Part shown: piece after piece, positions 39,218-48,070 of the stretch | How the letters are laid out: each line of letters starts with the position of its first letter | Numbering within the stretch: position 1 is the stretch's first letter | From: a virus | DNA: 64,000 bases | Virus record (IMG/VR): IMGVR_UViG_3300032267_001178 | Span: 8,959-72,958 of that record | Strand: one strand, 5' to 3' | Position numbers and translations under genes: made by a program | The notes under the pieces: model-generated | Databases searched by the model: none | Told to the model about the DNA's origin: nothing | The model's input: only the letters and a program-made list of their open reading frames with translations

Positions 39218-39408
39218 CAGTTTATACATGTGCAAACTGCGGCTTCACGGGAGCGCGCAATGTCTTTAACGATATTCGTGACGCCTATCTCAGGTTTGAG
39301 CCTGGCGACACCTACACCGATGCTGAGTGTATGACGTGCGGTGCGATGGCTTTCCCGAGATGGGTAGACATCCCTAAAGCGGAGAGTGCTACACCTACGC
39401 CTGATTGA
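39214..39408 (+). CDS. Small zinc-ribbon protein. The start was chosen at the ATGA overlap.
   Basis: CANCGF...CMTCGAM. Confidence 0.45.
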   Translation: MTVYTCANCGFTGARNVFNDIRDAYLRFEPGDTYTDAECMTCGAMAFPRWVDIPKAESATPTPD

Positions 39409-39944
39409 TAATGATACATTTAGATGAAATAAAAAACACAGTTAACCAAGCTTACAGCGAGCGTAAATGTTTGCGTATAGAAGGTTACACGTCTACGGAC
39501 GGCAATATTTCTGACATGGTGGTGGAGTTCCTAGGACCCGATGGCTACAACGGAGTTCTAGAAAAATCTTTGAAGCTTATTCAAGATGGTGAAATATCCT
39601 TGGAAAATCCCGACGGCGTTTTGGTCGGCGCTCAAGCGGCAGCGGCGCTGGCTGTAAGTTGGGCGAAATCGTTGTCCGGCTTACAGAAAGAGCGACAGTT
39701 CAAGGATACCTTGAACTACGAAGAATTGGTTAAACAAGGTTATACCGTGAATGAGTCCGGCTGTGTAGTGATCAAGCACGTTTCTGTTGTACAAAGCAGC
39801 AACGTACATTCTGTAGCTCGTAAGGAGAGTGCAACCCCTCTGGTACGTGCTAAAAAAATCATCACCGACCAAACTCCCATGGGTAAGTATCGCGGGCAGC
39901 TCAACCTGTCCCCGGATAAGATTTCCGGGCTGTCGGTTGTTTAA
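39405..39944 (+). CDS. Hypothetical protein.
   Basis: 179-aa ORF with ATGA overlap. Confidence 0.4.
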   Translation: MIMIHLDEIKNTVNQAYSERKCLRIEGYTSTDGNISDMVVEFLGPDGYNGVLEKSLKLIQDGEISLENPDGVLVGAQAAAALAVSWAKSLSGLQKERQFKDTLNYEELVKQGYTVNESGCVVIKHVSVVQSSNVHSVARKESATPLVRAKKIITDQTPMGKYRGQLNLSPDKISGLSVV

Positions 39945-40007
39945 TTGTTGCACTTGCGCAATATACGCAAAGAAATACAATGTCCCCAATCAAACCAATA
40001 CTAGTTC

Positions 40008-40298
40008 ATGGGTGCTATATTTAACGCGGTGAAGTTCGAGACTTCAGACAAGAAAGAAGTGCAAGCGCAGTGGAACGAGATGACGTCAAAGTCATTACTC
40101 GAAGATGGCTATTCTTACTCTGGTGAGATCGGTATGCTTGCGGGCGAGATCTCCTGGAAAGATGTCAAAAAATCTAGCGCCGAGCTTGCAGAAGAATATG
40201 TAGAGGAGCACCACGATAAGTGGGAATTCGCTCTTGCGGCGTCGTTTAAAGACGGACAGACTAAGGGCTGGGTCGTCGGCGGTTGGTGTTCGTCATGA
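40008..40298 (+). CDS. Hypothetical protein.
   Basis: 96-aa ORF. Confidence 0.35.
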   Translation: MGAIFNAVKFETSDKKEVQAQWNEMTSKSLLEDGYSYSGEIGMLAGEISWKDVKKSSAELAEEYVEEHHDKWEFALAASFKDGQTKGWVVGGWCSS

Positions 40299-40525
40299 CT
40301 AAAAATTACTGCGACAAAAACGGAAACGATAATTGCCTGTACGATATAGAGTGCCCCGTGTGCGCGCACTATTCTGAGTTCAAAATTGAGATTCGCGCAA
40401 TGGTGCGTATCACAGACGAAGGAACATCTGACATGTATGATTCTGATTGGACCGATGAAAGTTTCATCCTGTGCACTAACTGTAACTATCATGGTGCCGT
40501 CAGAGAGTTCCGTATTAAAAGTTAA
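40283..40525 (+). CDS. Small zinc-ribbon protein.
   Basis: CPVCAHY...CTNCNYHG. Confidence 0.4.
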   Translation: MVFVMTKNYCDKNGNDNCLYDIECPVCAHYSEFKIEIRAMVRITDEGTSDMYDSDWTDESFILCTNCNYHGAVREFRIKS

Positions 40526-40542
40526 CAACCAAAAACAAATCT

Positions 40543-41208
40543 ATGTATAAACCTAGTTTTATCGTGTTCGAAGGGCCGGATGGGGCTGGCAAGACAACTC
40601 TCACCACGCGTATTGCTTCTTGGCTGAACGAGGAGTTAAAGATTCCAACTAACCCCACCCACAATCCCGGAGGTACTCCTTTTGCGGACGCCTTGCGTTC
40701 CTTAGTGTTCTCTGGAATTGTTGAGAGTAAGCAGGCCGAGCTCCTTGGGTTCTTGGCAGCAGAAGTTGACTGTTTCGAAGCCATTATTCTCCCATCTTTC
40801 GCAAGAAACATTAATGTAATCGCGGATCGGTGGCTGATGAGTGCGCGTGTCTACCAATCGTTTATGGCTAATCGTCCTCCAGATGCGATTGAGAAGCTTA
40901 TACAGGCGGCGTTACCTCACCCTTCCGCTACGCCTAACTTTTATGTCGTACTGAATGCTAAGCCTGAGGTGTTGATGGAGCGTGCACTAGCTGCCCAGCA
41001 AGACGAATCAGCGGAAAGCGACGAGGCGTCAAAATTAGCCGCGGAAGGGCAACTGAATTATTTCAAGGGACTGCACGAGGCGTACGCTCGTCCTATGGTT
41101 TTCTCCGACGGTGTACCTTGCTTGCAGGTGGATACGACGGATCAGACAGCAGACGAGGTGTATGACTCCATTCGTGAAATAATCATGAAAAGTGTGTTAC
41201 ATACTTAA
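40543..41208 (+). CDS. tmk: Thymidylate (dNMP) kinase.
   Basis: FIVFEGPDGAGKTTLT P-loop and DRWLMSARVYQ (the Tmk DR(Y/H)..S..AYQ motif). Confidence 0.75.
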   Translation: MYKPSFIVFEGPDGAGKTTLTTRIASWLNEELKIPTNPTHNPGGTPFADALRSLVFSGIVESKQAELLGFLAAEVDCFEAIILPSFARNINVIADRWLMSARVYQSFMANRPPDAIEKLIQAALPHPSATPNFYVVLNAKPEVLMERALAAQQDESAESDEASKLAAEGQLNYFKGLHEAYARPMVFSDGVPCLQVDTTDQTADEVYDSIREIIMKSVLHT

Positions 41209-41230
41209 GTATGGGAGTCCATGCTATTTG

Positions 41231-41881
41231 ATGAGTGAAGAACAAATGCAGAAATTATTTGCAGCCCTTTTGGGTATGACAAATTCTTCTTCCGTGCCGG
41301 AAGAAATGGAACAATATGTAAACCAGCTGGAAGCCGCCATGAATAGTTTTTCGGAACTAGCCTTCAGGGCGGGTGTGACGGCAGTGGCGCTGAACTCCAC
41401 AGGTGAGGTCGTCTCCAAGTTCGGAGGTGACACGGCCTACGAGGAAAAATTTCCTTGGGCAGGGAGTTACCTGAGTAACCTGTGCCCGGGTACCTTCACC
41501 GCCGTGAAGTTCGCCCCGGACACGGACAATGATGTCGCACCAGAGCAAATCCTTGTAAGGGCGACCATGGTGCGGGAGGCTGTTCCAGATATCTATCAAG
41601 GTATCTTTGGTGCGGGGAACTCACGGGATAAGCAATATGACTTCGATGTCATGGTCTTGGAGTATATGCGCGTGAAAACCGTGTTTCCTTCCCCTGTGAC
41701 CGAGGCTGCGCCACATGCCCATTTCGATGCAGAGGTGCTCGTAACCCAGAAGGTTACAAGAGAGCAGTTCTTGTCGGGCCAGATCAAGGTACCAGCACTA
41801 CCGACAACCGTGCTGGCGGACTCTATGGAATTCTGGGAGTCCCTGGAATTCATGGATGAGAACCCTCCTTCCGGAGGTTGA
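41231..41881 (+). CDS. Hypothetical protein.
   Basis: ORF MSEEQMQKLF... Confidence 0.4.
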   Translation: MSEEQMQKLFAALLGMTNSSSVPEEMEQYVNQLEAAMNSFSELAFRAGVTAVALNSTGEVVSKFGGDTAYEEKFPWAGSYLSNLCPGTFTAVKFAPDTDNDVAPEQILVRATMVREAVPDIYQGIFGAGNSRDKQYDFDVMVLEYMRVKTVFPSPVTEAAPHAHFDAEVLVTQKVTREQFLSGQIKVPALPTTVLADSMEFWESLEFMDENPPSGG

Positions 41882-42043
41882 GTGAATGATTACACAAACA
41901 GACAAGCATCCCTTAGACAAGGATACACTTCAGCGCCTCGTTGCAGGGGCGCTGAAGGACACATTGAATGCACATGGCAAGGTTGACCGCTCAAACATCG
42001 GCAGCTTATCTAAACGCATTGCTGGCGCGTTACATCGCACCTT

Positions 42044-42418
42044 ATGCACATTAGGATAGCTCGCCCTGTGCTTGGCGACTTCGATAGACCACTTGGTAAC
42101 GAAGTCGCCAAGCTTTGCCCCGTCACCGGGGAGACAATATGGGCTACGCCCGAGGACGAATTGGAGAAATACCAGGAGTCCATGCTCGCTTCGGATGAGC
42201 CTGCGATGCAAATATCAATGTTTGCAGCGCATTATTATGATATCAGTCCCGACGACGCAGGATTTGGTATTTTCCAAAGACTGATCGACATAGAGGACGA
42301 CATGATAGCCAACGACCCGGAGTTGTTCGAAATGCTTTGCACGGACGAGGACTATTGTTTTCGTAGCAAAGTTGCAAAGTTGATTATAAATCGCGCAAAG
42401 AAAGAAAACATACTATGA
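42044..42418 (+). CDS. Hypothetical protein.
   Basis: 124-aa ORF. Confidence 0.35.
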   Translation: MHIRIARPVLGDFDRPLGNEVAKLCPVTGETIWATPEDELEKYQESMLASDEPAMQISMFAAHYYDISPDDAGFGIFQRLIDIEDDMIANDPELFEMLCTDEDYCFRSKVAKLIINRAKKENIL

Positions 42419-43101
42419 ATATGATGAGATGGTTCTGCGCCCTGGCGGCGCTTGCTGCAATAGCGTATGCGGTGTACGCCGCGTATAACATTCAGGATCT
42501 GGCTGCGGCGGTAGCGATAGGCACCTCTGCGCTTTTTTTTATTTTCTTCGTTATGTCGCACCGCGCTTACGATGAAATTGAGTTACTGAAAAGCGAGTAC
42601 TACCAGCGACAAGTCGATCGCTTGCTACAAATGGACAGGTGCGCTGCAGCTTTAGCGTTGCTTGTGTTACCTGAAAGGACACGAAGAATAATGCTGAGAA
42701 GTCTGCAGGATCATGGGTTCGACACGAGCTTTGCCGTCACTAGCAGACAATCTCGAAAGTTGGTCCAGTGCGTGAGCGCTATGGGAAGATTGGATGTAGC
42801 ACATTTCCTGTGCACCCTATCTGACGCGGAGAGACTTCCGCTCCTGTATCGCCTACCAGAAGTAATGGGTTACCGAGGGGCAGTCCCCGAGGGGCTCATT
42901 GATTCGCTGGCCAAAATTCTACGGCATGCCCGGAACATGGATCGTGTGTTTGCAGAAGTTTATAACGTTGACTCTGTTAACGAAGCTCTACAAACGCACT
43001 TCCCTGTTTCCTGGGAAATGTTCGAGGAATTCAAAGCTAAGAAACTCCGGCAAGACCGGGACGCTAACACCCCCTTACGTCATTGTAAGTTTAAGGCATG
43101 A
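42415..43101 (+). CDS. Hypothetical membrane-anchored protein.
   Basis: N-terminal hydrophobic WFCALAALAAIAYAVYAAY. Confidence 0.4.
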   Translation: MNMMRWFCALAALAAIAYAVYAAYNIQDLAAAVAIGTSALFFIFFVMSHRAYDEIELLKSEYYQRQVDRLLQMDRCAAALALLVLPERTRRIMLRSLQDHGFDTSFAVTSRQSRKLVQCVSAMGRLDVAHFLCTLSDAERLPLLYRLPEVMGYRGAVPEGLIDSLAKILRHARNMDRVFAEVYNVDSVNEALQTHFPVSWEMFEEFKAKKLRQDRDANTPLRHCKFKA

Positions 43102-43304
43102 ATAATTGGAAGTACCAAACCTTGCTCCTTGCTAGTTGCACGGGCATTCTTTTCATTTTGTTATATTTTCAAAGCCTGGTATTGGGCTTTGTGTTTTGCG
43201 CTTATGGCTTGCTGTCGCTGTTCGATGATATCGGTCAGATGATCGTCAGATCTCGCAGGGTACGTAAACTCGAACAAGAAGTGAAAAAGTATGAACAAAG
43301 CTGA
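43098..43304 (+). CDS. Small membrane protein.
   Basis: TGILFILLYFQSLVLGFVFCAYGLLSLF. Confidence 0.35.
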   Translation: MNNWKYQTLLLASCTGILFILLYFQSLVLGFVFCAYGLLSLFDDIGQMIVRSRRVRKLEQEVKKYEQS

Positions 43305-43743
43305 AAGGCGAACTAAATTGCTCAATTACCTCCACAATTTGATGGAAGATGAGCCGCAGCGTTTTAACATTGGAACTTATATTTCGGCCGCCAGTCCGCA
43401 TGACCTTGAGACTGCACGCGAAGAGTGGCCTGAGCGCCACCGCCGCGGGCGTAAGCTTGAGTGTGGTACGTCTGCCTGTTTGGTAGGCCACCTACCCGTA
43501 CTGTTCCCGGATAGCTTCTTCTGGAGCAGTGGTGAAAATGTGCGTAACGCCTTGGTAAGGCTAAAGGAAAATAATGAATTTGTCTGTGAGATGGTCCTGG
43601 AGGATTTCTTCGGATCTTCTGCGGAAAATTGGAAAATGATCATTTACCCCGAGCATTACCAAAAACCGCCCACACTCCAGGATGTCCTGGACAGGATGTA
43701 CGAACTGCACGAAGAGGAACTTGTTTGTAAAGACTATGAGTAA
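43291..43743 (+). CDS. Hypothetical protein with a CGTSAC motif. It is a paralog of 44880..45455.
   Basis: ECGTSACLVGHLPVLFPDSF and WKMIIYPEHY are shared with the paralog. Confidence 0.45.
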   Translation: MNKAERRTKLLNYLHNLMEDEPQRFNIGTYISAASPHDLETAREEWPERHRRGRKLECGTSACLVGHLPVLFPDSFFWSSGENVRNALVRLKENNEFVCEMVLEDFFGSSAENWKMIIYPEHYQKPPTLQDVLDRMYELHEEELVCKDYE

Positions 43744-43975
43744 ATACCCTTACAGTGTTGTAAGTACGACCCGCAAGTTGGAGTACGCCCTCAATAATGC
43801 TGTGCGGGACGATGTCTGGTACAGTGCTTGGGCGCCTTTGATAACCCGTGGAAACTCACACCTTGCGACTGGTATCTGTAATCACATTTGGGAGAATCTA
43901 TATAGCCAGGTAACCGACAATATCGTGAACAACATTCGGATCTATTTCCCAAATGATGGTGTCGAGCCCCGATGA
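43736..43975 (+). CDS. Small ORF with W-x-N-(V/I) motifs, possibly related to the tetrapeptide-repeat family.
   Basis: DDVWYSAW...HIWENLYSQVTDNIVNNI. Confidence 0.35.
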   Translation: MSKYPYSVVSTTRKLEYALNNAVRDDVWYSAWAPLITRGNSHLATGICNHIWENLYSQVTDNIVNNIRIYFPNDGVEPR

Positions 43976-44226
43976 GAGATTTATCTCAAGGCACCTGCAT
44001 CGAGAATAGTTCCCATATTTTGGATATAGCCCAGATCAAGGTCCGGGATCGTATGTTGTTGGAGTTATTACCAATAATCGACGGTGTTATCTGGGATAAC
44101 CTACATCCTAATACCGCTCCCCACGTGTCGAGTGAAGTTTGGGAAAATGTCTTGACCAATGTTTGGGATAGTATGATAAGGCCGACGCACCTCGCAATAA
44201 AAAACGCCTTTCATAATGACAGATAG
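43972..44226 (+). CDS. Small ORF with W-x-N-V motifs.
   Basis: VIWDNLHPNTAPHVSSEVWENVLTNVWDSMI. Confidence 0.35.
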   Translation: MRDLSQGTCIENSSHILDIAQIKVRDRMLLELLPIIDGVIWDNLHPNTAPHVSSEVWENVLTNVWDSMIRPTHLAIKNAFHNDR

Positions 44227-44464
44227 CCAGCAGCAGAGGCAGGCAGATCCAGTTATCTGGGAAGATATGTGGGAGCATGCACGCGAAGAGGAATGGAAAA
44301 ATGTGCGGCGCGATATTTGGCAGCATTGCTGTAATAATATTACGTCGCCCATCTGTCATACATTTCTTGGATATTTAAGGACTCCTGTATCCGTGAGTAT
44401 ACGAGCTATATCTAATGCGGTACAGGACAACACTGAAACACTACGTACACATGATTACAGATGA
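44216..44464 (+). CDS. Small ORF with W-x-N-V-like motifs.
   Basis: VIWEDMWEHAREEEWKNVRRDIWQHCCNNI. Confidence 0.35.
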   Translation: MTDSQQQRQADPVIWEDMWEHAREEEWKNVRRDIWQHCCNNITSPICHTFLGYLRTPVSVSIRAISNAVQDNTETLRTHDYR

Positions 44465-44876
44465 CATCATAAGTAATTCCTATGCCCTGATCGTGGAAGT
44501 TCCCGTCAGGAATTGGGAAGACACACATGTTAACGCCGTAGCCGATATTAGTGGGGAATTGATACCCTGCAGACGGGGGCCTTTATGGGCTCCTGTTATC
44601 GAGCTTGGAACAGGTCATATCCTTAATTGGAATGAATCCGCACCCACTGAGGTACGTGTTCATTATAAAGTGACCGATGAAGGAAATTATTGGTTGGCAG
44701 ACCAGACACTAAACAAAATCGCCAAATGGCGGGATGAGTATGTGCCTGACCATATTCTCTGTACCGCCGATCGCGGATACGGAGACTACATCATCATGCA
44801 GATTGAAAGCGGAGGTATAATCAAGAATTGGGTACCTCCCATACTGGATGAGCAAGATTGGAACCCCTTGAAATAA
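44451..44876 (+). CDS. Hypothetical protein.
   Basis: ORF MITDDIISN..., start at the overlap with the preceding stop. Confidence 0.35.
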   Translation: MITDDIISNSYALIVEVPVRNWEDTHVNAVADISGELIPCRRGPLWAPVIELGTGHILNWNESAPTEVRVHYKVTDEGNYWLADQTLNKIAKWRDEYVPDHILCTADRGYGDYIIMQIESGGIIKNWVPPILDEQDWNPLK

Positions 44877-44879
44877 AAA

Positions 44880-45455
44880 ATGTATCAGAAACAAATAGAG
44901 CGGCTACAAAAGCTCATCAAGCATTTGGAGTATATTGCTGCTACAGAACCCAGAACCTTCAATTTGAAGCAATGGTTCGTAAGCGCAGACATGTCTTCAT
45001 GTGAAGAGGCGATAGCGCAATGGGCAGAGCGATACGAGAAGCAGCAACCTTTAGGATGTGGAACATCCGCCTGCGTAGTGGGACACTTACCATTAGTCTT
45101 CCCGGAAGATTTTGAATGGGAATTACAGTCTATCCCACTTATGAGCGGAGAACAGCAAGCCTATGTTTGTGGAAAAGGGTGTGTGGCTCATGGAGATGTT
45201 ACTTGCGCTACTCTGGCAGAGTACTTTGGAGGTAACTCCTCTGTTTGGGGCATGATCATCTACGAGGATGAATATGAGGAATCCCAAATGGTCTGGTATC
45301 CAGAAGGAACAATTGAAGTCCCCGTACAGGAGGTCACTAAGCGTATTAAGGATGTCCTGTTCGAAATCGAAAACACCCCAGCAGGGCGTACCCCGGACTG
45401 GACTAACCTCAACTGGAGAAGCTCCGACCGCATTGTAGAATGGACAACACCTTAA
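44880..45455 (+). CDS. Hypothetical protein with a CGTSAC motif (paralog of 43291..43743).
   Basis: GCGTSACVVGHLPLVFPEDF and VWGMIIYEDEY. Confidence 0.45.
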   Translation: MYQKQIERLQKLIKHLEYIAATEPRTFNLKQWFVSADMSSCEEAIAQWAERYEKQQPLGCGTSACVVGHLPLVFPEDFEWELQSIPLMSGEQQAYVCGKGCVAHGDVTCATLAEYFGGNSSVWGMIIYEDEYEESQMVWYPEGTIEVPVQEVTKRIKDVLFEIENTPAGRTPDWTNLNWRSSDRIVEWTTP

Positions 45456-45889
45456 TTGCTATTCTGTTTGGGCATTATTTGGGAGATTACCTCTTCCAGC
45501 CACGTCACATGGCTCGTAGGAAGATCTACAGCCCGTGGGTCTGTGTGATGCACTGTGCGATATATACGGCGTGTACAGTGCTGTCTTTGGTGCTGTGGGA
45601 CGTCTGGACGCTATCTGACCTGAACACTCGCACGCAAGATATCCTTATCTTCAGCGCGTTCGTATTCGGGAGTCATTACCTGATTGATAAGACATCCTTC
45701 TTCCGCTCATGGATGAAGTTTGTCCTGGGAGAGGACTTGGCAGATTATATCAATCTGGAAACCAGGAGCAAGAAGTCAGACAGGATCAATGTTGTCAGGA
45801 ATACGTTCAACACCGTTACCTACGTAGTTCTAGATAATGGCGCTCATATTTTCTTGAGCTTGTTGATGTTGGAAGTCCTGTTCGGTTAG
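45440..45889 (+). CDS. Hypothetical membrane protein.
   Basis: Hydrophobic segments LIAILFGHYLGDYLF and WVCVMHCAIYTACTVLSLVLW. Confidence 0.4.
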   Translation: MDNTLIAILFGHYLGDYLFQPRHMARRKIYSPWVCVMHCAIYTACTVLSLVLWDVWTLSDLNTRTQDILIFSAFVFGSHYLIDKTSFFRSWMKFVLGEDLADYINLETRSKKSDRINVVRNTFNTVTYVVLDNGAHIFLSLLMLEVLFG

Positions 45890-45919
45890 CGGATAGCTAA
45901 AAAAACACGGTCTAATAAA

Positions 45920-45960
45920 TAGCGCAGCATTTAAAATAATGCTGCGCTATTTTTATTTAT
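45920..45960 (+). terminator. Rho-independent terminator.
   Basis: TAGCGCAGCATT-taaaat-AATGCTGCGCTA followed by TTTTTATTTAT. Confidence 0.7.
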
Positions 45961-46155
45961 ATCCTCTGCAATTTAATTGCGAACCTTCCTACGAACTTAT
46001 GGATATTATCGAGTTCGTGTATGGATGATTAATAGGAGGATATTTAAATAAAATTGACCATGTGTTTATTCATAATTCAGGCAGAATTATGAATAAATGA
46101 TCGAGTGAAAACACGAGACGCATTTTTTGTCTAAGTACAACATAATAAAATACTT
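45961..46155 (+). promoter_or_regulatory. AT-rich intergenic region of about 195 bp upstream of the repeat-gene array. It probably holds the array promoter.
   Basis: It lies between a strong terminator and the first array gene and is AT-rich; no convincing sigma70 -35/-10 pair was found. Confidence 0.3.
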
Positions 46156-46416
46156 ATGAATGATGCAGTAGAAATACGTATAGAAGATTTGATACAGAAT
46201 GCGAAAATAGCCCATTCACGAGAACCTTGGGGTATTTTACATTGCGAGGAACAAGAAATCATAGCCTGGGTCCGTTCACGCCATGAAGCGCATATGACCT
46301 GGCGTTGTAAACGTTACAAGCATGGCATCCCGGGCCACGTAAAATTCAGTTCGTCTGGCCGTTCAATGCAGCAGATTAACATGCTGTACTACGGACACTA
46401 TCTACCCGAAGAATGA
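46156..46416 (+). CDS. Leader gene of the array, with no repeats.
   Basis: 86-aa ORF whose stop overlaps the first repeat unit start (ATGA). Confidence 0.45.
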   Translation: MNDAVEIRIEDLIQNAKIAHSREPWGILHCEEQEIIAWVRSRHEAHMTWRCKRYKHGIPGHVKFSSSGRSMQQINMLYYGHYLPEE

Positions 46417-46649
46417 TCATCCTGGGTGAGCACTTCCGCAGCGCCATTATCCTTCACAGTATCCAAGATGGTGTCGCAAGCAATGTCTGGGACAATGTTC
46501 AATGTAATTTCCAGACCGATGCCCGGCATAATGTGACTGTCAGTATCCGGGATGATATCTGGCATAAAGTCTGGAGTAATGGCATGAGCAATGTTCGTAA
46601 TGATGTTACGCGTCATGTCCTGTCCCACTTTCCAAAGAATAACAAATGA
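46413..46649 (+). CDS. Tetrapeptide-repeat small protein, unit 1 (divergent N-terminus).
   Basis: SNVWDNVQCNFQTDARHNVTVSIRDDIWHKVWSNGMSNVRNDV. Confidence 0.55.
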   Translation: MIILGEHFRSAIILHSIQDGVASNVWDNVQCNFQTDARHNVTVSIRDDIWHKVWSNGMSNVRNDVTRHVLSHFPKNNK

Positions 46650-46861
46650 GCGCCAACGAAGTAAACGACATCATCTTCGGAAATATCTGGTACAAAATCC
46701 AGAGCGATATACACCGCAATGTTCTTAACTCTGTATATAATAATGCCCGTGATAATGTCTTGTACGCTGTTCTACACAGTGTCGCACGGGATATTCGGAA
46801 TAATGTCGAGAATATTGTCCGTTATAGTGTCTCTTCACAGATTAAAAAACATACCGAATGA
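46646..46861 (+). CDS. Tetrapeptide-repeat small protein, unit 2.
   Basis: MSANEV...HRNVLNSVYNNARDNV...IRNNVENIV...KKHTE. Confidence 0.55.
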   Translation: MSANEVNDIIFGNIWYKIQSDIHRNVLNSVYNNARDNVLYAVLHSVARDIRNNVENIVRYSVSSQIKKHTE

Positions 46862-47103
46862 ATGCTGAAGAAGTGAGAAAGAGCGTCTGTAGCAATGTCA
46901 TGCAAAATGTCCGGAACAATGTCTTGTCTGACACCGAGTCTATTGTCTGTCACAATGTCGATAATAATAACGTACGGACCAATGTCTGGAATAATGTCCG
47001 GCATAATGTCGAGGACAATGTCTGGGGTAATGTCCGGAATAATGTCTTGGAGCATGCCGTTTTACAAATTCGCACACACATCAAATGCACCCGGAAGAGG
47101 TGA
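46858..47103 (+). CDS. Tetrapeptide-repeat small protein, unit 3.
   Basis: MNAEEVRK...NVMQNVRNNV...HNVDNNNVRTNVWNNVRHNVEDNVWGNVRNNV. Confidence 0.6.
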   Translation: MNAEEVRKSVCSNVMQNVRNNVLSDTESIVCHNVDNNNVRTNVWNNVRHNVEDNVWGNVRNNVLEHAVLQIRTHIKCTRKR

Positions 47104-47276
47104 GAGAGATTGTCTGGTACAATGTCGATGATAATGTCCGGGATAATGTCTGGATTAATGTACGGTGCAATGTTCCGGATAATTTCGGAAGGAATGTCCG
47201 GCATAATGTCCAGTTTAATGTCGAATCTAATGTTCAGGAAAACGTTCTTTTACAAGTTTACGCGCATATCGAATGA
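47085..47276 (+). CDS. Tetrapeptide-repeat small protein, unit 4.
   Basis: MHPEEVRE..YNVDDNVRDNVWINVRCNV...AHIE. Confidence 0.55.
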   Translation: MHPEEVREIVWYNVDDNVRDNVWINVRCNVPDNFGRNVRHNVQFNVESNVQENVLLQVYAHIE

Positions 47277-47467
47277 ATGCTAACGAAGTAAGTGATATCA
47301 TCTACGAAAATATCTGGGACAGCATCCAGTATTCTGTAACAGATGCTATCCATGTTCATGTCAGAGATAAAATCTGGACTGATGTTTGGTACAGTGTCCA
47401 GGATAATGTTGAGGAGCATGTCCGGAATAATACCCAGGACATACATGCCAATATCTGGCTGGAGTAA
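47273..47467 (+). CDS. Tetrapeptide-repeat small protein, unit 5.
   Basis: MNANEVSD...ENIWDSIQYSV...DVWYSVQDNVEEHVRNN. Confidence 0.55.
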   Translation: MNANEVSDIIYENIWDSIQYSVTDAIHVHVRDKIWTDVWYSVQDNVEEHVRNNTQDIHANIWLE

Positions 47468-47473
47468 TAACTA

Positions 47474-47779
47474 ATGAACGCTAACGAAGTTAAAGCCTTT
47501 GTGCATGTTAATATTTGGCGCAATATCCAAGATGGTGTCGCAAGCAATGTCTGGCGTAATGTCCGTGATAATGTAGAGGATAATGTCGCGTATACCGTTC
47601 TTCATAGTATCTCACACAATATTCGGAGTAATGTCGTAGGCAATATTTGGCGTAGTATCCAGCTCAATGTAGAGGACAGCGTTGATGATAAGGTAATGTT
47701 AATTATCCGGGAGGAGGTCTGGTCTAATGTTCATAATGTTCAAGACAATGTTCTAAGCTATGCAAGCGCCATTCTATGA
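47474..47779 (+). CDS. Tetrapeptide-repeat small protein, unit 6. It is longer than the others, and its conserved tail is left out of frame at 47776-47821.
   Basis: MNANEVKA...SNVWRNVRDNVEDNV...; the downstream YDVFEDVFSHFQTNE tail is encoded in another frame. Confidence 0.5.
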   Translation: MNANEVKAFVHVNIWRNIQDGVASNVWRNVRDNVEDNVAYTVLHSISHNIRSNVVGNIWRSIQLNVEDSVDDKVMLIIREEVWSNVHNVQDNVLSYASAIL

Positions 47780-47821
47780 TGTCTTTGAAGATGTCTTTTC
47801 ACATTTTCAAACAAACGAATA

Positions 47822-48070
47822 ATGAATGCTGATGAAGTAAGAGCCAGTATCTACGATAATGTTATGAATAACGTATCTCGTAATGTCCTGGCTAGGGTCT
47901 CCTACAAAGTCGACCGTAGTGTCGTGAACAATCTTTTGGGCGACATATGGTATGATGTCCAGGATAATGTTTGGAGCCATGTCTGGCGTAATGTCGGCGA
48001 CAGTGTCCGTACTTGTGTCTATGATAATGTCTTTGACGATGTCTTTTCACATTTTCAAACAAACGAATAA
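47822..48070 (+). CDS. Tetrapeptide-repeat small protein, unit 7.
   Basis: MNADEVRASIYDNVMNNVSRNV...DDVFSHFQTNE. Confidence 0.6.
   Translation: MNADEVRASIYDNVMNNVSRNVLARVSYKVDRSVVNNLLGDIWYDVQDNVWSHVWRNVGDSVRTCVYDNVFDDVFSHFQTNE

Noticed and set aside
45961-46155. Specific sigma70 -35/-10 call upstream of the array.
   Set aside because: TTGACC at 46057 has no properly spaced -10. With a phage-encoded RNAP present, promoter consensus is unknown, so the region is kept only as a generic regulatory region.
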